A DNA stretch of 64,000 nt from Ignisphaera sp. (GCA_038889075.1 JAWAHS010000001.1:247764-311763); one strand, 5' to 3'. Counted from the stretch's first letter, positions 21,899 to 32,045 are shown. The notes: generated from the letters alone by a model not told the origin. Translations and numbers: made by a program.

Positions 21899-22053
21899 GG
21901 GCCCGTAGCTCAGCTAGGTAGAGCGGCGGACTATGAAAATGGGCCGAGGCTCCAGTTACTATGGGTCTGATGACCCTAGTGGGATGAAATGAAACTGGAG
22001 CGTTGATGGGAGAGACCCGTAGGTCGGGGGTTCAAATCCCCCCGGGCCCACCA
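21899..22053 (+). tRNA. tRNA-Trp(CCA) with two introns (21930-21948 at 30/31; 21956-22014 at 37/38) and encoded CCA
   Basis: Removing both introns gives GGGCCCG TA GCTC AGCTAGGTA GAGC G GCGGG CTCCAGA CCCGT AGGTC GGGGG TTCAAAT CCCCC CGGGCCC A CCA; both introns have BHB central helices (CGGC/GCCG and CTCC/GGAG) flanked by 3-nt bulges. Confidence 0.9.
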
Positions 22054-22748
22054 CACCTCACCATGTATCTACATAGCTTGCGCAAGCGTTCATTAACTGA
22101 AGGATGGCTACTGAACAGCTTTTCCCTAAGACCGATCCTCCCATCAGGATGTCTTAGAGCTATTTTTTGAAGAACTTGAAGATAGAGCCTGGGGTTCTCA
22201 AGATTCTTTACAACGATGAGATCTGCTTCCTCTTCGAATCTTCTAGTGAGATATCTTGTAAATACTAGCATAGCTATGTAGGTTAGGGTAAAGATAATTC
22301 CTGCTAGAATAAGAAGCATAACCTCAGAATCTACATAGAAAACTATAGATAAGTATGGAAGTACTCCGGTTAACGCTATTGATAGACCTGTTGCAAGGAG
22401 CTTTACATGATGCCTCTGCTGACAATGTGCATATTCATGGAGAACCACGGTCTTCAGTTCATCGAAGGTTAAAGTATTTAGTATCCCCTGTGAAAGAACT
22501 AGAGTTCTACAGAGGAATCCTATAGCTGCAGCGTTGATAATATCATCTCTATATGCAATTTTTACCTTTTTAAAGGGTTTAACACCTAAAGATGCTGCAA
22601 CCTCTCTAGATAATTCTAGTAGGATGCTATCACTAGTTTCATATGATTTAATCCACCAAAACCAGAGCTTCACGTATCTAATTATATTTTCTATTCTTAA
22701 TCTAATTCCGTCACAAATACCATTGGTTAAATCCATGCAATCACACAT
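22032..22748 (-). CDS. M48/HtpX-like zinc metalloprotease
   Basis: NAAA, HEYAH, E.EAD, SHPS..ER motifs and TM segments. Confidence 0.8.
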   Translation of the reverse strand: MCDCMDLTNGICDGIRLRIENIIRYVKLWFWWIKSYETSDSILLELSREVAASLGVKPFKKVKIAYRDDIINAAAIGFLCRTLVLSQGILNTLTFDELKTVVLHEYAHCQQRHHVKLLATGLSIALTGVLPYLSIVFYVDSEVMLLILAGIIFTLTYIAMLVFTRYLTRRFEEEADLIVVKNLENPRLYLQVLQKIALRHPDGRIGLREKLFSSHPSVNERLRKLCRYMVRCGGPGGI

Positions 22749-22823
22749 CGGTAACTACATTAAGTTGATTATACAGTACTCAGTATCAAACTTAAATTGT
22801 ACTAGTCAGATAATAAAAGTATT

Positions 22824-23456
22824 ATGGATTGCCCAACAATGAGGATAAAATACATTAGAAGGCATATAATGATTAAGAAAGAGTTTGGTGAGCATATACT
22901 TAGTGGTAAGAAGACGACCACCATAAGGCTTGGTAAGGTGGTGCCTAAGGCACGTGAAGTAATAATACATAGTGGTGGTAGACCCATAGCTAAGGCTGTA
23001 ATAACAGGTGTTACATATAAACATGTCTATGAATTAACTGATGAAGATGCCAGAAAGGATGGTTACGATTCTGCTGAGCAGCTCATCAAGGACTTGGAGA
23101 AACTCTATGGCAGATCTATAGATCTAGGTGAAATCGTTACGGTTATTGAATTTAGAATTGTAAAAAGGTTTACTGATTTAAACGAATACGATATATACAT
23201 GGGATTAACGCCTATTGATATAGCTATACTTTCAAATAGGTATCTAAAATACGAGTTATCAGATGAGGATCTTAAAATAATCAATACCATCCTTAGGTAT
23301 AAAAGTATTAGAATTGCATCACTAAAACTATTCGGTTCATTATCAAAAAGATGGATTATTAGGAGAACTCTTAGATTGTGCCTAGATAGACTGGTTGAGA
23401 AAGGTATTATATGGACGAAAAGCGTTGTGAATAGGGGTAGGGATGTGAATGGTTAA
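22824..23456 (+). CDS. ASCH domain protein
   Basis: ILSGKKTTTIRLG, LTDEDARKDG. Confidence 0.8.
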   Translation: MDCPTMRIKYIRRHIMIKKEFGEHILSGKKTTTIRLGKVVPKAREVIIHSGGRPIAKAVITGVTYKHVYELTDEDARKDGYDSAEQLIKDLEKLYGRSIDLGEIVTVIEFRIVKRFTDLNEYDIYMGLTPIDIAILSNRYLKYELSDEDLKIINTILRYKSIRIASLKLFGSLSKRWIIRRTLRLCLDRLVEKGIIWTKSVVNRGRDVNG

Positions 23457-23521
23457 ATTTTATGAGAATAGCTATTATCCACTGCACTCAGAGCTTATTA
23501 CGGTAAACATTTGGTGTTTCT

Positions 23522-24589
23522 CTAGCCTTTATCTACAATTCCCTGGGCTACCAGATCTACAATTCCGTAGTGCTTACCCATAGCGATATCAAATGCTAAT
23601 TCAGATGCTGCTTGCAGGTTGTAGCATATTAAAAGGAGTCTCTCGAAGAATGTTTTAGCTTTTAGATATTCATCGAGTGACTTGTATCTTGGAATAACCT
23701 CCATTTCCATTCTACGTATGAACTTAATTGACTCTATGGCCAGATCAACTGCTCTACTAGCTATATACAGATCTCCCTTCGATAATGCCTGTAGAATGAT
23801 GTCCATAACGTAGACTATGTGGAGCTCGAGCTCATCTAACCTATCTCCAAGTGTATCCCTTACTACATGCATTAACTCAGGTGCTTCGCTAAATATTTGT
23901 GATGCCTGTGTTAATGCGTCACCCATATCCTCTAGAGATTTTATTAACGTTCGGTACTCTGTTACAAATGGTATCGATCTAAGTAGATTTAATGCATATA
24001 CGTATCTGATTGCCAATGCATGTATTCTATCCATTTCAAACTCCAGCTCCACTACCTCCTTGAGATGTTCATAGTCTAGATTCTTTATAGATATTACAAG
24101 GAAGTTCAGCATATTTTTTATCGCTGAAATCATTCTTGCTATAAGCCCATCAATATTATACCTCTCAGTATCTATAAAAATTTGTATAACGACCCTGTCA
24201 GACGTTTGTTCAACAATTTCAGATCCTATCAGCATTCTGATAAGAGACCTAATAGCATGCATATGATGCGGCGATATACTCTTCTCCTCAACGCTTTCTA
24301 TCACTATTCTATCATAACAAGCAATGTATGAAGCATATATTGCCCTCATTAAAATATCTTCCGAGGTATTCCTCGATATGCCAATCTTTACCTCTTTACC
24401 CTTGTATCTCTTTTCAAAAATTTTTTCTGGCAAAATTATTAGGGAACCATCCTCTTTAACCTCAAGCCTTACGAGATCCGATGGTTTTAGACCAACCATC
24501 TTTACGTACTCCGATGGAAGTGAAACCATTAGAGTGGACTTACCAAATTTCTGAACCTTTCTAGTTTCAACTATTTTTGATTCACTCAT
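23522..24589 (-). CDS. AbrB-PhoU phosphate uptake regulator
   Basis: RKVQKFGKSTLMVSLP AbrB N-terminus followed by PhoU-like helical repeats. Confidence 0.82.
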   Translation of the reverse strand: MSESKIVETRKVQKFGKSTLMVSLPSEYVKMVGLKPSDLVRLEVKEDGSLIILPEKIFEKRYKGKEVKIGISRNTSEDILMRAIYASYIACYDRIVIESVEEKSISPHHMHAIRSLIRMLIGSEIVEQTSDRVVIQIFIDTERYNIDGLIARMISAIKNMLNFLVISIKNLDYEHLKEVVELEFEMDRIHALAIRYVYALNLLRSIPFVTEYRTLIKSLEDMGDALTQASQIFSEAPELMHVVRDTLGDRLDELELHIVYVMDIILQALSKGDLYIASRAVDLAIESIKFIRRMEMEVIPRYKSLDEYLKAKTFFERLLLICYNLQAASELAFDIAMGKHYGIVDLVAQGIVDKG

Positions 24590-24685
24590 ACATATCTATA
24601 CCTAATTATATTCTACTGCTAGGGAGATTAAAATGTTTTTACTTTATATACAAGTTTAACACTATATTATATCAAGTAAAATGCA

Positions 24686-24925
24686 TTAAGAACTTCTTAA
24701 TACATCTTGTATTGTTAAACTGATCACCCTTCCCTGGCTAAGTTTAACAACAATGTTGTTCTCTAAAAGTAGTATCTCATCAGCCTCCTCATCAGAGATC
24801 ACTATATGGAGTGAATTGGTTATATTATCATATATCACTGTAGCCTTTTCAAGCTCCATTAGGTCTAGTGTAACCCTCCTAGCTTCCCTATACCCCATCT
24901 TCGTATTTTCCATGGATTCCACCAT
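24686..24925 (-). CDS. Small hypothetical protein (DUF2283-like)
   Basis: ATG at 24925 with GGTGA RBS; YD...NSLHI pattern. Confidence 0.5.
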   Translation of the reverse strand: MVESMENTKMGYREARRVTLDLMELEKATVIYDNITNSLHIVISDEEADEILLLENNIVVKLSQGRVISLTIQDVLRSS

Positions 24926-25206
24926 ATTATCACCTAGATTTGATAAATCTAATATCTTTATATGTACTTGAAGACAGCATCCTATGCAGTAGAGTTTCCA
25001 GCCATATAAACACACCGCTATATCTATATTGATTCTATTAGAACGTTGTATTCTAATACATATATATCTAGGGCTACCAATTGGTGTGTATGCAACATAT
25101 GCTATAGATTGTTGAAAACTGTAGATATAGATATAGTAGAGATCATATGGATTTATAAGCCTACTAACGGCTAAAGTCTGCAACCACGAATTCGAGCTCG
25201 ATTTGA

Positions 25207-25641
25207 ATGTCCGAATCCGTAACTAAAGTAAAAGATCTCAAACCAGGAATGGAAAATATAAGTGCAGCAGTAAGAGTTTTAGAGAGCTATGGTGTTAGAA
25301 CAATAGATACAAAAGCTGGTACGAGAACACTTGGAGAGTATATGGTTGGAGATGATACAGGTAAGGTAAAGCTAGTTGTATGGGGTTCTAAGGCTCCATC
25401 TCTAGGCATAGGAGACGTTGTTGAGATAAAGAATGCATGGGTAACAGTATTCAAAGGAGAGGTGCAACTAAATGCAGGTAAGAATAGCAGTATAGAGAAG
25501 CTTCCAGATAGCGCTATTCCATCAGCAGATGAAATTCCAAATGAAGTTCCGAAGGCTGAGGGTGGTGAAAGAACGCCTCCCCGTAGACCAAGATCAGGTA
25601 GATTCGGTGGAAGAGGCAGAGGAAGAGGAGGATATAGGTAA
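25207..25641 (+). CDS. ssb: Crenarchaeal single-stranded DNA-binding protein
   Basis: Single OB fold (KVKDLKPG, VGDDTGKVKLVVWG, NAWVTVFKG.VQLNAG) with a Gly/Arg-rich tail. Confidence 0.88.
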   Translation: MSESVTKVKDLKPGMENISAAVRVLESYGVRTIDTKAGTRTLGEYMVGDDTGKVKLVVWGSKAPSLGIGDVVEIKNAWVTVFKGEVQLNAGKNSSIEKLPDSAIPSADEIPNEVPKAEGGERTPPRRPRSGRFGGRGRGRGGYR

Positions 25642-25647
25642 TCCATC

Positions 25648-25944
25648 ATGAGCAACCAAACTGAAAAAGCTAGATGGAATGAAATCTATAGAAGAAAGGG
25701 TACAGAGATAGGCGTTGATAAAGGTGACTTTGTCGTTGCTGTAGACGAGGAAAAGGCATATGCACTTGCACCGGCTGTATACTATGTATGGTCTATGTGC
25801 GATGGAGAAACAAGTGTTGGAAAAATAATTGAAAATCTTGCGGAAAACATAGAGGAGGAGATAGATATGGGTACACTCTATAACGCTGTAGTTGATATAA
25901 TAGATAGATTAGTTGAAGTCAACCTCTTAGAGAAGATAGGATAG
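25648..25944 (+). CDS. PqqD-like (winged-helix) small protein
   Basis: L...YYVWSMCDG..SV..I...L pattern. Confidence 0.65.
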   Translation: MSNQTEKARWNEIYRRKGTEIGVDKGDFVVAVDEEKAYALAPAVYYVWSMCDGETSVGKIIENLAENIEEEIDMGTLYNAVVDIIDRLVEVNLLEKIG

Positions 25945-26017
25945 AGAATAAAATAATTCAATACATCCAATTCAATCAAATTAAAAGAATTTTTTGAATA
26001 AAAACGTATAATACTGT

Positions 26018-26803
26018 TTATATAGAGCCTAATCTACTTACATAGTATTTAGCCCTTGGCTCATTACTTGGTATGGTATGAGCGGCAATTAGAAGCAGTG
26101 GATATATACTATCTTCAACAGGCACAAGAGATTCAAATAATATTAGATAACTCTTTCCAATAGAAGCTATAGCAGTAGCACTATCTACAGCAGCAAGCTT
26201 CATAGTAAATACACCCAGTCTCTGGTACACATCTATCTGAACTATACTGTATTTTACATTATCATGTACAGTTCCTACTCCAAGACCTTTTACGATAAGG
26301 AAGAATTTATCCTTTATAGGAAATATCCTTAGAGTACCTACCCCACTATACATATCGTCTAGTAGCTCTAGCAAACCTCCCATGGTAGAGAGTCTACGTA
26401 GGGGCTCTGAATTGATATCTTCTGTACATAGATGTGGAATTCCTAAATTTTCATCTATTTCTAGAGATATTCTATATCTACGCAATTTATTACTGCATGG
26501 TTTGGTAGATGAATATGGGATCAGTACATCACTTTCAATCCAAGCTGTCTCCGCCAACATATATACTGTGGTAAGATTATAGAATTCTCTAGAATTACAG
26601 AGAATGGCATAGCCGGGTGCTATAGCAATTCGCCTTAATACCCCCTCCACCCTAGTTGCTATAACCGCCGGTTCTACTGCTATAAATACAGCTACGGTAT
26701 GTGAAATATCAAAGAGTCTACTTACATATTCGGCAATACTAGTGAAGTTCTTAAAGGGGTCTACAATCCAGCATCCTTCATAGAATCTCATTACAGTACC
26801 CAC
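26018..26803 (-). CDS. Hypothetical protein
   Basis: 261-aa ORF filling the intergenic space; no motif recognised. Confidence 0.55.
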   Translation of the reverse strand: MGTVMRFYEGCWIVDPFKNFTSIAEYVSRLFDISHTVAVFIAVEPAVIATRVEGVLRRIAIAPGYAILCNSREFYNLTTVYMLAETAWIESDVLIPYSSTKPCSNKLRRYRISLEIDENLGIPHLCTEDINSEPLRRLSTMGGLLELLDDMYSGVGTLRIFPIKDKFFLIVKGLGVGTVHDNVKYSIVQIDVYQRLGVFTMKLAAVDSATAIASIGKSYLILFESLVPVEDSIYPLLLIAAHTIPSNEPRAKYYVSRLGSI

Positions 26804-26895
26804 TATAGGTGATGGATAGACGAATCATAATTTGGATTCAAATAGTTAAAAACCTTTATTCTCTAATATCTACATAAAAGCAAGCTGGTGGAATT

Positions 26896-27111
26896 ATGAG
26901 TAGAGGTACCACTATAAAATCTTTTAAGGCATGTATAAGATGCAAAGCACTGCTTCAACCAGATGTACAGAAATGCCCTGTATGCGGATCGGCTGAATTT
27001 ACGAATGAGTGGAGCGGTATGGTTATAATAGTAGATCCAGAGAAATCTGATGTAGCTAAGCTCCTGGGTATAAAAACACCCGGAAGATATGCTTTAAAGG
27101 TTGGCGTATAG
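26896..27111 (+). CDS. spt4: Transcription elongation factor Spt4 (RpoE2)
   Basis: ACIRC...CPVCG...WSG.VII.DPEKS.VAK.LGI..PG.YA. Confidence 0.93.
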   Translation: MSRGTTIKSFKACIRCKALLQPDVQKCPVCGSAEFTNEWSGMVIIVDPEKSDVAKLLGIKTPGRYALKVGV

Positions 27112-27140
27112 AGTTTTTAAGTAAGTTGAGGTGGTGGTAG

Positions 27141-27479
27141 ATGAGTCTACAACAGAAACTCAACCAGAGAGATAAGGTGATTAAAATATCAGACGATGTA
27201 TCTATAACTGTGTTAGATGAGAAATACAATAAGTTGTTGAGGAGAGCTGAGATAAGCATATATATTGATCACATAAAGACTGGGACTCCCTCTAGAAAAG
27301 AACTTAGAAAGTTTATAGCATCCATATACAGAGTAGATGAAGCTAGCATTATCATTAAGAATGTTGAGAGTGAATATGGTAGAGGGAGCTCGCGGGCACT
27401 GGTATACATATATGAAGATCCCAGATATGCAAGACTTCTCGAACCTCAGTACATACTCAAAAGAAATGAGTTGCAGTAG
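27141..27479 (+). CDS. rps24e: 30S ribosomal protein S24e
   Basis: NKLLRR.E, H..TGTPSR, YG.G. Confidence 0.92.
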   Translation: MSLQQKLNQRDKVIKISDDVSITVLDEKYNKLLRRAEISIYIDHIKTGTPSRKELRKFIASIYRVDEASIIIKNVESEYGRGSSRALVYIYEDPRYARLLEPQYILKRNELQ

Positions 27480-27490
27480 GTGAATTTGAT

Positions 27491-27673
27491 ATGGCTAACA
27501 AAAAATTCAGATCACAACTCTATGAATACGACTATGCGAAGGGTATTATAAAGCTAAAGAATAGGACATGCCCCCGTTGTGGATCCATGATGGCTTTTCA
27601 CAGTGTTGGTAAGCCTAGATGGCACTGCGGAAAATGTGACTATACTATTTTTGTTGAGGAAAAGAAGAAGTGA
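27491..27673 (+). CDS. rps27ae: 30S ribosomal protein S27ae
   Basis: CPRCGS.MAFH...RWHCGKC. Confidence 0.95.
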   Translation: MANKKFRSQLYEYDYAKGIIKLKNRTCPRCGSMMAFHSVGKPRWHCGKCDYTIFVEEKKK

Positions 27674-28671
27674 TTGTTTTAGGTATAGAGTCAACTGCAC
27701 ATACATTCGGTGTTGGGATAGTAGATAGCTCTAGTGAAAAATTTATTATAGCTGATGAGAGAGAGCAATATATACCAAAGCACGGTGGTATACATCCAAG
27801 AGAGGCGGCTAGATTCTTTGCAGAAAAGGGTCCAATAGTAGTTGGAAGAGCTCTTGCTAGTGCCAATATAGATATTGATAGGATTGACGGTATTGCAATT
27901 GCTCTCGGACCCGGTCTAGGTCCCTGTCTACGTATTGGAGCAACGATCGCAAGAGCTCTCTCAATATATTTCAGAAAACCTCTGATACCTGTTAATCATG
28001 CCGTTGCCCATATCGAGATAGGACTAAAGCTTACAAATCTTTCAGACCCTGTTATAATCTATCTCTCAGGCGGTAATACAGCTATTGTAGCATATATTGA
28101 TAAAAGGTATAGAATTTTTGGAGAAACACTCGACATAGCACTAGGAAACCTTTTGGACACCTTTGCCCGTGAAGTAGGTCTAGGCCCTCCCTACGTTATA
28201 AATGGTGTCCATGTTGTTGATAGATGTGCTGAAAGTGGGAGGAGGATTGTAAGAGATCTGCCATATGTAGTTAAGGGTCAGGATGTAGCATTTTCCGGAT
28301 TGCTAACCGCTGCACTAAGGATGTATAAAAGCGGCGTTGATTTAAATGACCTATGTCTAACACTTAGAGAGATAGCATACAACAGCATACTTGAAGTTGG
28401 AGCACGATGTCTCATGCATACCAGAAAGAGTGAGGTGATGGTTGTTGGTGGTGTTGCTGCAAGCCCTATCCTTAGGGAGAAGCTTGAAATTCTCGCAAAA
28501 ATCTACAGCGCTAAGCTAGGTATCGTACCACCTAGATACGCTGTAGACAATGGCGTTATGATAGCGTGGATGGGTGTGCTAGAGATGTACTCGGGTATTA
28601 CAATAGAGCCTGAGAGAGCTTTGGTTAACCAGAGATGGCGTTTAGACGAAGTTGATGTCATATGGAGATAG
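27670..28671 (+). CDS. kae1: KEOPS N6-threonylcarbamoyltransferase Kae1
   Basis: LGIESTAHT, GGIHPRE, GPGLGPCL, VNHAVAHIE, DNGVMIA. Confidence 0.95.
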   Translation: MIVLGIESTAHTFGVGIVDSSSEKFIIADEREQYIPKHGGIHPREAARFFAEKGPIVVGRALASANIDIDRIDGIAIALGPGLGPCLRIGATIARALSIYFRKPLIPVNHAVAHIEIGLKLTNLSDPVIIYLSGGNTAIVAYIDKRYRIFGETLDIALGNLLDTFAREVGLGPPYVINGVHVVDRCAESGRRIVRDLPYVVKGQDVAFSGLLTAALRMYKSGVDLNDLCLTLREIAYNSILEVGARCLMHTRKSEVMVVGGVAASPILREKLEILAKIYSAKLGIVPPRYAVDNGVMIAWMGVLEMYSGITIEPERALVNQRWRLDEVDVIWR

Positions 28672-29423
28672 AGCTACCAGAATTGCTAAAGAATATGATT
28701 AGAGAAAAACTCTACATCTATGCAGATGACATCAAATCTATAGATATTCTCAGCGAACCTCTAATTCTCTCAATAGGTGCTGAAGCATACATACTGAGAA
28801 GTAGGTTCATGGGTATTGAATCCGTAATCAAGTGGAGGTTTCCGAAACCATACATGCCACCAGAGCTTGATAGAGAGTTTAGAAGTGTCAGGACGGAAAC
28901 CGAGGCTAAGATTATGTGGAAATCGCTTCTAATAGGTGTAAAAACTTCTGTACCACTCTATGTAGATATCGATAATGCAATTATTATAATGACATACATA
29001 GAGGGAAATACACTTAGGGAACTTGTAAAACAAACTGAAGATGAAGAGCTCTGTAAAGTGTGTCACGAGATAGGTGTTTACACGGCAAAAATGCATATGA
29101 ATGGTATATCGCATGGCGATCTAACGACAAGCAATGTTCTAATAGATTCCAGAGAGAGGCAGGTCTATCTTATAGATTTCGGTCTGGCCTCATTTGGTAG
29201 AAGGGCTGAGGATTACGCTATAGATATCCACATATTCTTTAGATCTATTGAAAGTGCTCATATAGCTCGTGAGAAGATTATGAAGGAATGCTTTTTAGAT
29301 GGCTACGAAGCTATCAGCGGTAGTGGTGAGGTCTCCAAAATGCTTAGAATAGTTAACGATATTAGGAAGAGAGGAAGATATGTTGCTGAAAGAAAGTTAA
29401 AGAGTGAATGGAGATCCCTATGA
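28662..29423 (+). CDS. bud32: KEOPS kinase Bud32
   Basis: GAEA, HGDLTTSN, IDFGL, RGRY. Confidence 0.92.
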   Translation: MEIELPELLKNMIREKLYIYADDIKSIDILSEPLILSIGAEAYILRSRFMGIESVIKWRFPKPYMPPELDREFRSVRTETEAKIMWKSLLIGVKTSVPLYVDIDNAIIIMTYIEGNTLRELVKQTEDEELCKVCHEIGVYTAKMHMNGISHGDLTTSNVLIDSRERQVYLIDFGLASFGRRAEDYAIDIHIFFRSIESAHIAREKIMKECFLDGYEAISGSGEVSKMLRIVNDIRKRGRYVAERKLKSEWRSL

Positions 29424-30013
29424 TGCTAGAACTGCTTTTTGCAACCAATAATATGAATAAGGTGAAGGAGGCCGAACTTGTGCTAAGTAGATTTGGTATA
29501 GCGCTAAAGGCTGTGGCTATTGATAAGATAGAGATTCAGAGTTCTTCACTGAGGGAAATAGCAATATACGCTGCAAAAAGTGCATTTAGAGTTGCCAAAA
29601 GACCAATAATAGTCGAAGATTCGGGTCTTTTTATCGATGCACTAAATGGCTTTCCAGGTCCGTACAGCAACTACGTATATAAAACTATAGGATTGAAAGG
29701 CATACTAAAGTTGTTGGATGGCGTTACGGATAGGAGGGCGAGATTTACAGCTGTTGTAGCACTCGCTGTAGGTGAAGGTGATGTGTATGTGTTTGAGGGT
29801 TCTATAGAGGGATACATCTCCTCTGAGATTAGGGGAGGCTCCGGCTTCGGCTTCGATCCAATATTTATACCCGTAGGATGCAGTAAAACATTTGGTGAAA
29901 TGGATATAGCTGAGAAGACTATCTACTCACATAGGGGTAAGGCATTTAGAGAATTGGGTATATGGATTCTTAATAATAGGGATAAAGCTTTAATACAGAG
30001 TAAAGCTTTATAG
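29408..30013 (+). CDS. rdgB: XTP/dITP diphosphatase (RdgB/HAM1)
   Basis: ATNN.NK..E, EDSGL..DALNGFPGPYS, GFGFDPIF, SHRGKA. Confidence 0.93.
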   Translation: MEIPMMLELLFATNNMNKVKEAELVLSRFGIALKAVAIDKIEIQSSSLREIAIYAAKSAFRVAKRPIIVEDSGLFIDALNGFPGPYSNYVYKTIGLKGILKLLDGVTDRRARFTAVVALAVGEGDVYVFEGSIEGYISSEIRGGSGFGFDPIFIPVGCSKTFGEMDIAEKTIYSHRGKAFRELGIWILNNRDKALIQSKAL

Positions 30014-30060
30014 GAAACTCAGAAACTGTATAGGGTTAACTCTATATCTTGGTGCATCCT

Positions 30061-30612
30061 ATGGCTGGTAAAAAGCGTGACAAAGGAGAGTCGCACTCAA
30101 TAAGACCTGTAAGGATAGGACCTCCAAAGTGGGTCAGATACTCAGAGGAAGAGGTTGCTACGCTAGCTGCTGAGCTTGCAAGACTTGGCTACACGCCATC
30201 TATGATAGGAGTTATACTTAGAGATCAATACGGAATACCACTTGTTAAGAGTATTACGGGTATGAAGCTTACAAAAATCCTTACAAAACACGGAGTAGCG
30301 TTACCTGTTCCAGAGGATCTTCTAAGGCTGATGGCAAAAGCGGTCAATCTCCATAGACATCTAAGTGAACATCCAAAGGATACAACAAGCAAGAAGGGTC
30401 TAATTGAAACCGAATCTAAGATAAATGCTCTTATAAGATACTATAAACGTGTTGGTAAACTGCCACAGGACTTTGTATATGAACCTGAGAGGGCAAGGAT
30501 TATAGTCTCCCAATATCTTGGAATGGGCACCGCTATACAACAGCCCACTACCTCCGCGCAGGTAGGGCAGCAACAGGAAGCTGCATCGGAAGCTCCAAGT
30601 GGTGTACATTAG
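30061..30612 (+). CDS. rps15p: 30S ribosomal protein S15P/S13e
   Basis: [28 protein letters not shown]; ATG at 30061. Confidence 0.93.
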   Translation: MAGKKRDKGESHSIRPVRIGPPKWVRYSEEEVATLAAELARLGYTPSMIGVILRDQYGIPLVKSITGMKLTKILTKHGVALPVPEDLLRLMAKAVNLHRHLSEHPKDTTSKKGLIETESKINALIRYYKRVGKLPQDFVYEPERARIIVSQYLGMGTAIQQPTTSAQVGQQQEAASEAPSGVH

Positions 30613-30639
30613 TAGATACAGCTCTAAGGATTTTATAAT

Positions 30640-31797
30640 ATGTCCAGAAATTTTAGCGAGATTTCCTCTATAGCAAGTACGTATAAATCTCTGCATGTGG
30701 TATACGCTCCAACTCTAGATTGTGTATACACTGCATCACTTCTACTTAGAACTCTGAAGGATGTTGAAGCCGATATCCAGCTAGCGCCATTCTACAGTGC
30801 TCAGAGACCAATCACTAGTACTACTGTGCTTGGTATAGGCGTAATGCAAAAGACTGGGTTGAGCGGTTCTCGATTCTTTCTTATAGACGATTTTATTGGT
30901 AGAGACCCCAAGAGCTTTCAAGCATACTCGCTATATCTATTAAAGGCTGTAAAAAATGTGTGGATCGTTTCAAAGTCTATAGAGGCCCTCGCATTATCGT
31001 CAATGCTATCATTAAGTAGGTGGAGTCTATACGATGAAAAGCTGTTCGAGGCACACAAGGCACTTCTAACAGAAGCTGTAAGTAGTAGCCTATGGGAATA
31101 CACAACTACCCTAAGACTCTTTGGCTATCCAAAGAGGGATCCCATGGTAGCGCTTGAGAGAACCGTAGATCCATATATACCGGGTATATCATTTGATAGT
31201 GAGGGATGCAAGAGAGTTATGCAGATAGCTGGCGATAGACTTGATGATGAAGGTAGGAAGAAACTTATAAATGAGCTGAATAGCATTTTCTCAGCATATC
31301 TTAAGAGTACACCTTCTATACTCGGTAGCAAGATTATTATGAAGGGTGTTGAGGATTTCGACGACCCTTACGAAGCTGTATATGCTCTGTATACATATAT
31401 GGATTTAAAGGGTGTTGAACCTCTTCTCTATCTATGCCTAGATAGCCCGATACTAAATATAGCAATCAGTAGGTATGTTAGCACTCTTAGAAGTTTTAAG
31501 AATCTTATAGATGATGTTGTTAAGAATCAGAATATAAGGAGGGTTATAGTTAAGGGCACTAGGCTAGGGGTTATCGATATTTCATCCGAGAACACAATAC
31601 CTCCTCTATATACTATTCATAGAATTCTGAAGGCTATTGGTATAGCTGATGAATTGAGCATATACGTACATGGAGGTGAATATCTCCTACCGCTACAGTT
31701 TGTAGAACCTAGATGGCCCTTTGATAGAGAGCTAAACATAGAGAGGAACTATGCTATATTCTCCTCTCTCCAGGATATTGGTGATGTAGTGCGTTGA
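30640..31797 (+). CDS. Probable degenerate RecJ/Cdc45 (GAN-like) protein
   Basis: Occupies the conserved rps15-RecJ/GAN-pcc1-rps3ae slot; P.IPGIS motif; no DHH motif. Confidence 0.5.
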   Translation: MSRNFSEISSIASTYKSLHVVYAPTLDCVYTASLLLRTLKDVEADIQLAPFYSAQRPITSTTVLGIGVMQKTGLSGSRFFLIDDFIGRDPKSFQAYSLYLLKAVKNVWIVSKSIEALALSSMLSLSRWSLYDEKLFEAHKALLTEAVSSSLWEYTTTLRLFGYPKRDPMVALERTVDPYIPGISFDSEGCKRVMQIAGDRLDDEGRKKLINELNSIFSAYLKSTPSILGSKIIMKGVEDFDDPYEAVYALYTYMDLKGVEPLLYLCLDSPILNIAISRYVSTLRSFKNLIDDVVKNQNIRRVIVKGTRLGVIDISSENTIPPLYTIHRILKAIGIADELSIYVHGGEYLLPLQFVEPRWPFDRELNIERNYAIFSSLQDIGDVVR

Positions 31798-32045
31798 TCT
31801 ATGAGATAGCTATCGAAGTTCCATTTGACTATGAAAATCTTTGTCTAGGTGTTTTAAATGCTGTTAAGCCTGATAATATAACCGCTCCAAGCGGTATAGA
31901 GATAGAGATGGAGTGCCGCAATGCTGTACTTAGGATTACTGTAAGAGGGTTTGATGTCGGTATTCTAACCATTAGGAATACCGTTGACGATATATTTATG
32001 CACCTGCTATCTGCATACCGTGTGTTACAGATCTTAACGAAGTAA
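31794..32045 (+). CDS. pcc1: KEOPS subunit Pcc1
   Basis: A..PDN, RNTVDD pattern; synteny. Confidence 0.75.
   Translation: MIYEIAIEVPFDYENLCLGVLNAVKPDNITAPSGIEIEMECRNAVLRITVRGFDVGILTIRNTVDDIFMHLLSAYRVLQILTK

Noticed and set aside
16084-25944. SagB-like oxidase, PqqD-like protein and radical SAM genes as a RiPP cluster
   Set aside because: They are dispersed among housekeeping genes, with no precursor peptide or YcaO; stand-alone homologs are common in archaea
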